The notes beneath the pieces were generated by a model. That model saw nothing but the letters and a program-made list of their open reading frames with translations. It made no database searches and was not told the origin of the DNA. Shown here piece by piece: positions 54,401 through 64,000 of a DNA stretch of 64,000 bases. Numbering within the stretch: the first letter of the stretch is position 1; each line of letters begins with the position of its first letter. Source of the DNA: Trichoplax sp. H2 (lineage: Eukaryota); contig NOWV01000026.1 in NCBI GenBank assembly GCA_003344405.1, forward strand, positions 62,001 through 126,000, given 5' to 3'. A program made the translations under genes and the position numbers.

Positions 54401-57037
54401 GTATTAATATTAAGTAGGTACAAACAAATTTCTTCTATTACCTCTCCATTCACAAATCTCTCGAGAAGCACAACGGGATATATTTAATGTCAATAAAGCA
54501 GAAATTACTAAGGTAGTAACAATGATATTTTAGATTTACAATGTTTATGAACTGATCTAATTATGTCGTTTACTTTAGGTTATATTATCAACCGATATTG
54601 CAGAATCAAGTATAACGATTCGTGATGTGGTATTTGTCATCGACTCGGCGAAGTAATTGCAGCAGATCCTATCGGAAATCATATCATATGTAATAAATGC
54701 TTCGATTTTTGTCATTGTTTGCGATTTTAGAACCACCATCAAACGCTATTGTGCTCGGGACAATTCGTGTTCGTTCGAGACTATATGGGCTTCTAAATCT
54801 GCTCTCAAACAGCGGAGGGGTCGAGCTGGAAGGACTCGACCTGGGTACTGCTTTCATCTTTGCACTACTGATCAATATACCAAGTAAGGGTTAAACCGAC
54901 GATATAGCTGATACATGATGTACTATAACTTACAAATTACCGTAATCGCCCTTAGGCTACCACAGTATCTCGTTCCTGAAATATTAAGAAGCCCGCTACA
55001 CGAAGTCATTTTGATATTAAAGCTACTTAGCCTAGGTAATCCTGCTACTATTCTTAAGAGAGCATTACAGCCACCTTCATTAGAAGCTATCGAAGTTGCG
55101 ATCTCATTTTTAATTGGTAGGTCTGTCAGGAATTGCGTTAAGCTCAAAAGCCAGTTTTCTAGCGTATTTAAGGGATATTAACTAAAATCTACATATTATC
55201 GAGCAGGAATTGGTGCAATTACCAGAATGATTGAATTTACTGATGTCGGTTTGATCCTTTCTAAATTACCAATCGAACCACGTCTTGGTAGAATGATTAT
55301 ACTCAGCTGCATATTTAAGTATGAATTGTGCATTGAATCTCATTAAATTTCTTGTAGGAGTAATATCTATATTCACATCAATTGAAGTTTGTTTCCTAGT
55401 TTAATTATATTGTGTAACGATAGTAATATAATACTGAAACTGATTAATTAGATGCGCAAATGCAGCCTGTATTATCGCCGTAGCTGATAGCTTACCCGAA
55501 CCGTTTGTTATAAGATCAATTGTTGATGGTCCTACCTATTTGCATAAACAGTTCTCGAGTAAGCGTTATAGCGATCATATCGCGGTTTTAGGAGCATTCC
55601 AGGCATGGCAACGCGCTCGGTTAGTTTTAAACAATTAATTAGCAGATAATTTGAACTGCTTTAATGGAGAAATGTGATTTTTATAAGTATTTTTGAACGT
55701 ATAACATGTTTCGATTGATTCTATTGTTGCAGTAATGCTGGAATTGATAGTGAAGAGAATTTTTGCAAAAATCACGGACTATCCGTATCAGCTTTACGAT
55801 TAATTTACGAAGCTAAAGTTAGTTAAATATCTAACTAAGCATGACCACCCAACGTTTTAGATATTGAATTGATGGTTTATTAAATACTACTCGTATATAA
55901 CTCACATCAAATGGCCTTTGTCTATTTAGAATTGGTTAATAGAGTTACTAATTCATACTGGGTTTAGTAAAGGTAAAGAAGAGTCTTATGCTTATTCCAG
56001 ACCTTTAGACACCTTAAATGACAAATAAATTGCTATTACAGAATGCTTCTCTAGGAGACGAAATCTCCCTATCATGAATGAAACTGATCTAAACAATGTA
56101 ATAAAGGACGAAGCTAACATTAATTAATGTATAATATTTATTTCTTATAACAACGAACAGGTAACGAGATGTCAATTCTTTCTCTATTGCAGATATGTGC
56201 TCTTCTATGTATTGGCTTTTATCCCAACGTATGTGTTTATAATAAAAACAATAAACTTCGGATGAATAACGAACAGTTTGCCCAGATACATACATCATCA
56301 ATTAACTATAATTGCAAATCATTTCCTTATCCTTTCTTTACTTACTCGGAAAAGGTATATGATCTCTGTTCAACTTGACTTTATTGATTTGTTGCTTAAT
56401 AACGTATAGTAATTCGATTAATTAATACGTGCATACAATGACAATTTGTTAGATACATGCAGAAGTTATCTATTTGAAACACTTGACGGTAATATCACCA
56501 TTACACCTATTGTTATTTGGATGTCAGAGAATCACGTGGAAAGATGACCTGGTTCTACTTGACGATTGGTACAGATAGATATCTCTGGTTGTAGTAAAAA
56601 AATATTTTAATATTCATTGAGAGTTACTTTTACAGGATAGCCTTAAGAATGCCTCGAGAAGTTGCATGTATGATTATCTCTATTAGACAAATTCTTGAAA
56701 TGCTAGCAATTCGAACTGCTAGTTCGCCTATGGTCGCCAACCGATTAGAAGATAACTACGAAAGAGCTGTGCAGTTAACCCAGCAATTGTTTACAGAAAG
56801 TTTTGAACTCCATAGCAATCTGCGATCTATCAGGTATTAGCGGTTTCTGGTAATGGTAGAGATAAAAATAATCTACCTTTCAATTCATTTCGACCCAATT
56901 TACTAATCTAAAATTCTAGGGGAGTTTATACAGCCATGAACGAAATTGTTACCTTAGAACCTAACACCATTAACAGAACCAGTAATTATTCATCATCTTA
57001 TACCGGTAAAGTTTATTTAAATGCAGAAGATTTATAA
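48480..57037 (+). CDS. DHX9: DHX9/RNA helicase A (maleless)-like DExH helicase, more than 30 exons, three dsRBDs
   Basis: dsRBD1 [24 protein letters not shown]; two dsRBD2-like copies; WNPWT region; [28 protein letters not shown]2 domain ([12 protein letters not shown]), GFYPNV. May be a divergent paralogue. Confidence 0.85.
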
Positions 57038-59218
57038 AGTAGATTTAATGATTAAGAGTATCTGCATCAACTCTGAAATTTGTTTTGCTTGTATCAATTT
57101 TATACTTTTATCTGTTTGAAAACTTGTTATATAGATTTTGTTAACTAACTTTAATGTCATATTATCGTACAGTTATCTGTGCTAAATAATATCCCCCAGG
57201 CTTTACAATCGAATAAAATAATTTTTGCTTTGAGTACATGTGCGTCAAAAATTACCGATTTGTTTGTGAGATAATCTTGTAAATTTTGTCTCATTTCTTA
57301 TTTTATGATATTCATTACTAGTACAAATTTTATACTCATAGACTAAAATTTAATAAGTAAAATGAAGCAACTTGTTTGATGTAATGTTGTTAGAAATATT
57401 ATTTCTTGAAATCAATGAATTCATGTTGTAACAATGCTGTAATACTATAATTTGCACCGTGCAACTGAATTATAGACTATATTACTAAAGAATCTCACTT
57501 GTGATATTTCACGTCAAATATACACAGACAAAATTAGGATTCGAGAGTAAAATGATTATATAATATAAACATATTTCTGCTTGCTAAATTCGAGTGTACC
57601 ACAGTAGATTTAAATACCTCGCAAATACATACAAATATTCTTAAATTTACTCTCGGTATTACCTCTCTATTACAGACTTAAAGATTATGTACTTGTATAC
57701 TGGTACTTATGTTACAAGCAATAAACAAGGTTTCTACATAGGTATAAATACGAATGTTGTACCGAATAAACTGATACGCTTTAACACGAAAGGGAACGCT
57801 ACAGAAGTTCCATACAGGCGAAACTGGTGCACACTAGTGAGCGCTTAACTAGGATCTCAAGCAAAATATATTTGCCAATTTACGTCTGATTCATTCTATC
57901 GTGCCTTCCCAATCAATTTATACTATATCTAATCGTGCAGTAGTAGTCTGCTGATTGAGTTATACGTCCGTTGAATTAATTATTCCTAGTTCCTTATATT
58001 GTGCTTCTATATAAAGCTTCTCAAAACTGTGCCAAATAGTAAGCTACCGAATCAGTTTCTGTTCCGTTGTCACTGAATAATAGTCGATTTATATTTGAAA
58101 ATTAGTAACGAAAAAATAGTAAATCCATCACCATTTTCACTTATCATGCAAAATTAAATCGCTTATAATTAATTTATAATGGCTATTATTGTAAGTATAG
58201 ATCTAAAAATTAGTATAAATTTAATTAAAACTAATAAAGAAAATTACTTTCCTTAAAATCACCAGTGTAGAGGGTACTTCTGGTAACCGAATTACGTAGT
58301 GCTTTATATCGTAATATCATCAGTTCTAAATATTGTTTTCATCGTAGCCATTAGCTCTTATTGTATTTGAGATACTTGACTTCAATCTACAGCACCACAG
58401 TTACTACTAACGAATCTCACCCATGTGTACTGTAAAATGTAGCTTTTGACACACGCTCTTATAGTGTTTAACAGCACTATAGAGTAGCTGAAGAGCGCTG
58501 TCAGTGATGTCTAGTACTGTATTATCATATCACGTTGATATTGTTAGTTGAAGAATTCTGGATAGCCGCTTACTGTTACCACAGTGTTCTCACTTTATAC
58601 TAAAACGTAAGATGGGTATTTATTTACGCGTAGCCGTTATCAGTACCAATAATGAAATCGGAATTTATAGTTCATTGAGGTAAATATAAATCGAAGAAAT
58701 ATTGTTACACTATAATTCTTACGTTTCAACTTCCTTAAAACATGCTAAGTAAAATGATATACCGTACAGCGTTGCATCTCGAGTTAAATAAGTTTTATGT
58801 GGTACTAACAAGACCGTAAATTAAAAACAATTAGATGGATTCGTCATTGTACTACTTTTTTGGTATTGGCATGTTTATTTTATTTTGAATGAGACTTATT
58901 TAGGCGGCAATTAATCAGATATGAAAAATTAACAAATAACTTTAGTCAATTAAGGATAACGTAATTTTCTAAACGATCTACGGCCACTACAATTGCAATA
59001 ATAATTAAGACAATATTATAATTAAGTATTATCTAATTAAATTATTACGGCCTCCAAATATCTTTCATAAATAAATAAGCTATAAGTTATTTACTATTAC
59101 AGTATCATGAATTTCTTAAGATAACCCTGATACTGTCTATTGATGATAAACTGATTATTGTATAGATAATTAGAAAAAGCTCATATGAGTATAATCAGGG
59201 AACTGCTAAAATTTTATA

Positions 59219-60289
59219 TTAGATCAAGGTAGCCATGGAAAATCTTGAAGGTCTAGGTGATAAACTGAGAATTATAAAATGGCTATTACCGCCAATACTA
59301 TTATCTTTTGATAATTTATTCTTACACCTAAACATGTTCAAAAAAACAGATCTAAACCGACTGTAACACACAAAATAAATTATTGGATTGCATAATGAAT
59401 GACCAAATGCTATCCATAAGCTTACGATTGATAACCAAGGCGGTATCGGAATATTATTAACATGCTCACCAGAAAAAATATCGTATAGAAATATTAGTAT
59501 ATAATTTGGTGTTATGCATATAAAGAATAATGTTACAATAATAATCATCATACGAATTACCTTACGTTTACATTTGCTAACTATAATAGACGGTACAGCA
59601 TTAGGCCTGGACTGATAAACTTTACGTACAATCGACGTATAAAAAAATATTAGCAGTGTAATTGGAATTACGTACAAAGCAATGAAGAGAGCAATGGAAT
59701 ATGCTCTTCGATTTATATGATTAGGAAAAGGCCAAACTTCGATGCAGTAAAATTTATCAACGGCCTCTGATGCAGGTATTAACTCTAATATTCTTATTTG
59801 AACAGCATTTAGGCAAATAGACAATATCCAGATTCCCAATATAATATATGAAATTTGATTTCGAGTAAAACCAATTTTACGAGGGGCACATACAATTTTG
59901 CGATAGCGATCAAAACTAACAGTAACTAAGGTCAAGGTAACCACACCAATGACTGTACTATGAATAAAATATTGAATCTTGCACATTATGGGACCGAAGT
60001 GATAATAAAAGCGAGAAATAAAGACTGCTGCATTAAGTGGCACGTTAAATGAGACAACCACTAAATCAGATATTGCTAAATTTAATAAAAGTATGTTAGT
60101 TTTTGTCCTCAAGCTTCTGTAACGTAAGAAGCCGATGCAAACTGTAACGTTACCAAATGCTCCCAAAATGAAAATAATAGCCGATACTGCGATAATTAAT
60201 ATTGTAGAGGCTGTATGAGTTTCACTAACGGTACTATTTCGAAAATGATAACTTACAATACTCCCATTAAGATTTTCTTCCAAGGCCAT
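59219..60289 (-). CDS. Intronless class A (rhodopsin-like) GPCR, neuropeptide-receptor-like
   Basis: 356 aa with 7 hydrophobic segments, GN in TM1, NLAISD, DRY, CxExWP in ECL2, NPIIY. Confidence 0.92.
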   Translation of the reverse strand: MALEENLNGSIVSYHFRNSTVSETHTASTILIIAVSAIIFILGAFGNVTVCIGFLRYRSLRTKTNILLLNLAISDLVVVSFNVPLNAAVFISRFYYHFGPIMCKIQYFIHSTVIGVVTLTLVTVSFDRYRKIVCAPRKIGFTRNQISYIILGIWILSICLNAVQIRILELIPASEAVDKFYCIEVWPFPNHINRRAYSIALFIALYVIPITLLIFFYTSIVRKVYQSRPNAVPSIIVSKCKRKVIRMMIIIVTLFFICITPNYILIFLYDIFSGEHVNNIPIPPWLSIVSLWIAFGHSLCNPIIYFVCYSRFRSVFLNMFRCKNKLSKDNSIGGNSHFIILSLSPRPSRFSMATLI

Positions 60290-63142
60290 AAGGACGTAAT
60301 TCGTATTTCTTTTCTAAGTGATCAATGTTTCTAATATTTAAACTTCCTTGTTCAAGATATGAGAGCTTCTCTAAATTAATAAGATGCTAAATATAAATAT
60401 AGTTTTCTAAGATTTTTCCGCTAAGAACAAACTTGTTACGTTTGCTTATAAATCCTGCTCTAAAATAAAGTTAACCTTAAATGTCAAAAATAGTAATTTT
60501 ATTAGTGACGTCGCTTGGTTTTCGGCGTCATTTCCTAATACTTATAAGATCATTAATTGTAAAGGATTAAATTCAACCTTACTATTATTAAGCAATTTTT
60601 TTATGAATTATTCTGGTATTTAATAACAGAACTTTTGTATCGCTATAAACAACAATACAGATTGTACGTCGTCATTAATGAATACTAAAAAAGATATTGG
60701 TAAAGTAATTATGTTGCAAGAATGAAACAATACCGCTATTTATGTTAAGTAAATAGATTGTATAAGTTATAGTGTAGAGACTGTAGACTATTTACTGATA
60801 TACTGTAAATTAACAGTTAATAATTTAAAAAAGTTTAAATTTTCTTCGCCAGTTAGTTTTACGAAATTTTAATCCATAATCATAAACATTACCTTCTTTT
60901 AAATACGGTAATTTATAAGCCGGTGATATTCATTTAATACGTATGAAAGTTCATACTTTACTACGATTAGGGTGGATCTAACGGTAATACTAGATATGAT
61001 ATTTTGAAAGCAATATTATTTACAAAAGAATCGCTATTTTTTATTTAGTGAGCAGAATCTAGATCATATCGTAACCGTCAATTCACTAGTACCCATACAT
61101 TTGCAACCGAATCAATCAAACTGTGAAATATTAGCTCATCTTGGGCTTAACTAAGAGCTGTAATGTCACTACTTACAGAGATAAATTTATAAATGGATAT
61201 TAGATCATATTTCAGACCTTTTCGAAAATTTATGATAGTCAAATCACTCCTTGATTTGAAAGTCAAGAAACTATATTATTATTGCAATAGTTCTTTATAT
61301 TCAATCTCGTTTTAAGTTTTGTCTTCTGATGAAAGATGGTCCTTTTAAGATAACTTTTATCCATATATCCTTTTCTTGATGAAAATGTAAGTACTTATGC
61401 AAATTTCGAATTTTAATCAATGCGAAATATTTATCGCATACAGAATCTCTGAAGCAATTATTGAAACACTAATCATTAGATTGATCATGATATTTACAGC
61501 AATCTATAACCTTTTAATAAACGAACAATTATGTAACTAATACAGAGGGGGTATTAAAGGTATAAATGCTTTCCGAAAAGTATATTAGCCCAAGTTCAAT
61601 GATTCTAGTAGAACTAGATTTGATTATAAATCTTCAAGTAGTAATATGAAATGAAATAATATTTAATGAAAGAAATACCTATGATTATATTACGAAGGAA
61701 ATAGAGGCGACTCGATTCATAGCGTATATAAGAAGTACTATTTTCGTAGTAATATAAAACTTAATATGGAAATTGCGGTTAATTACAATTATGTTAAATA
61801 CGTACTAGAAATTAAGCAGGATTTGAATACCAAGTAAATGTTTACTAAAGCCCTCATTGAATGATTAATACTTCAGTTCTCAAAACTGCAGCCACTCAGC
61901 ACAACACGTATAGTAGAAAGTATTGAGAACTAGCTAATTTTAAGTCTTTCACAACAAGGTTGTCACACTACTATTCACGCTATTAATAATGATGAAGTAA
62001 CAAGGATAGTTACGATTTTTATAGAATGCACTTATTAAAGGGTGTAATATAAGACATAATTAATGCTTGGTTACGAATATTTTATGTGTATATTGTACCA
62101 TATTACAAATGGAATGCGAAGACAAGCGATTGGCTGCCTTGATTACCAGTCCTTAATATCTTTTGTTTTAAAAATTACAAGCGCTATAGTAGGCGTAGCA
62201 GTTAAATAATTTTATTAATACAATAATCGTTATAAATCTAGAACCACGTTTGATATTAACGAATCTAAATATGTGCCCGTGTAGCGAAATACTTTAAGAA
62301 AGATTTTTACAGAAAGTCATAAATTTAGACTGTTTGAATGGAATTAATTAAAATACCACATAAATGATTTAGTAGATGAATCATAAATTAATAACTGTTG
62401 TAACTAACGTCATTGTAAGCCTTTACTTACGGCTAAAAACTGTTTAACTGCTCAATAAAATTTTTTCGTAGTAGCAAATTGTATGAAACCCAACACAAGT
62501 GCTATTGAATAGTATTTGAAAATTTTTTAAAAGTTCCGTAAGTTGCAATAGATTATGAAAACTTTGGAATTGTAACTGGTGTATATATAATATATACGAT
62601 TTAAAAATCTTTCAATATATATTATATCACGATGGACTTAATGAACATAATATTGGCGATGCAGAATTGTTCTTAGATTCTACTTTATAGTGCTTCATAC
62701 GGTATTAAGTGTATTGGTTACTGATGCTGGTTTCATGTAAAATATTTTATATTTCAATATTGTCGTTTATAGTGAATGGGTCTTTTCATATGTTACCTAT
62801 CAATTTATTAATGTTAATGTCAGGTGTTATAGTTTTTTGTAGTATCAGCACAGACAAAATCTAAGTGAGGCAAATTTTATACTTTAATTTTAAATTTAAA
62901 CCTAGCAATGAATAAGCATTGTAGTATGCTCTCGAACTCTTATGATAGCTAGTATTTACTACATAGCATCCAATATTTCTTATTTTAACTGCTAGAAATA
63001 CTATCAAAATGCACCGTACTATATACAGAATTAAGCTAGAAAGTACTGGAAATATGGAAATTTCTCAATTTGGTGCACAGTATAAAGGGTAAGTATCGTA
63101 TTATTTTTTATGAAATTCTTTTGATTTAATCGTACTTGATTT

Positions 63143-64000
63143 TTATCTTTGACTTTTGTTAAACCGATTTTCTATTAGTAAGATGATTATCGGATTGATG
63201 CATGAACCAAGGGTTGCAAAAATAATAACTGTTAACTTGGACCAATATGGTAATGGAGTAAAGATAGAGTGAATAGTAACCCATAAATAATAAGGAGTTT
63301 TTGTGACGAAATAGGTCAACACTATGATAATTTCAAGTTTAGCAAATTTACGCTGAGGAAGCCATCTTTTGAAGGATCCTAAAATGATAGCCACAGCTGG
63401 TCTAAATCGCATAAACTTGAAGAATATATAAGAGTAGCAAAATATAAAAAAGAGCAACGGAAGTATAAAAAAGAGAGCAATTTGTAGTCCGTAAAATCCT
63501 GTTTTAAGAGATAGAGATGGCCAGGCTTCATCGCAACCGAATTCTGTTACAGTTAAATTATCGTTTAATTTTCGAGCATTAGTTGAAAATACTAAATAGA
63601 TCAAATTGTAGAACATAACCATGATCCAGACCATAATTATCATAACTAAACTCTGAGTCCGGTAGAAGTATTCCCTTTCTTGACTCAAGTCATGAATACG
63701 TCTCGAACTAATTTGATGAAAATATTTACTGCATATGCGATATCGGTTGTAAGTTATAAAAGAAATCGCCAAAATTTCAGTTTGAAGCGAAACATTTAAT
63801 AAATAAGTATTAAATTTACACCCTATACTTCCAGATGTTCCGTAAATACTAATGAAAACTCCAATAGCCGTGTTTACCAAGATTAGCAATAGATCTGATA
63901 TAGTTAAATTAAAATAAAATAAGTCTCTTTTCCAAAATGATTTTTTCTTTAACCAAAAACTTTTGCATACTAAGAAACAACAGAAGGTTCCGTGGAAGAA
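63143..64000 (-). CDS. Divergent class A GPCR, 5'-truncated by the window edge
   Basis: The frame stays open to base 64000 (..FYFNLTISDLLLILVN..); GCK at TM3, NRY in place of DRY, CDEAWP, NPIII. Confidence 0.85.
   Translation of the reverse strand, partial: FFHGTFCCFLVCKSFWLKKKSFWKRDLFYFNLTISDLLLILVNTAIGVFISIYGTSGSIGCKFNTYLLNVSLQTEILAISFITYNRYRICSKYFHQISSRRIHDLSQEREYFYRTQSLVMIIMVWIMVMFYNLIYLVFSTNARKLNDNLTVTEFGCDEAWPSLSLKTGFYGLQIALFFILPLLFFIFCYSYIFFKFMRFRPAVAIILGSFKRWLPQRKFAKLEIIIVLTYFVTKTPYYLWVTIHSIFTPLPYWSKLTVIIFATLGSCINPIIILLIENRFNKSQR

Overview
AT-rich, intron-rich, gene-dense eukaryotic (animal) genomic DNA. The metazoan gene set, short introns and abundant (ACAGT)n pentamer arrays suggest a placozoan (Trichoplax-like) genome; this is an inference, not a database result. 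Thirteen protein-coding genes can be reconstructed by hand: ABCF1 (3' end), an NPDC1/CAB-1 homologue, a full-length laminin gamma chain, POLR3H, MMD/PAQR, BABAM1, BiP/HSPA5, DCAF10, SET/TAF-I, NOXRED1, a divergent DHX9-like helicase and two intronless class A GPCRs. Most notable observations: the DHX9-like gene carries a tandemly duplicated three-exon dsRBD2 module (3 dsRBDs) and no RGG tail; palindromic ACAGT/ACTGT arrays mark the 5' ends of almost every housekeeping-type gene but not laminin or the GPCRs; a 106-bp hAT-type MITE with an 8-bp TSD; two mammalian-type ERSE elements upstream of BiP; a probable U12 intron in POLR3H; and an RFX X-box upstream of NOXRED1. Exon coordinates were read by eye and may be off by a few bases.
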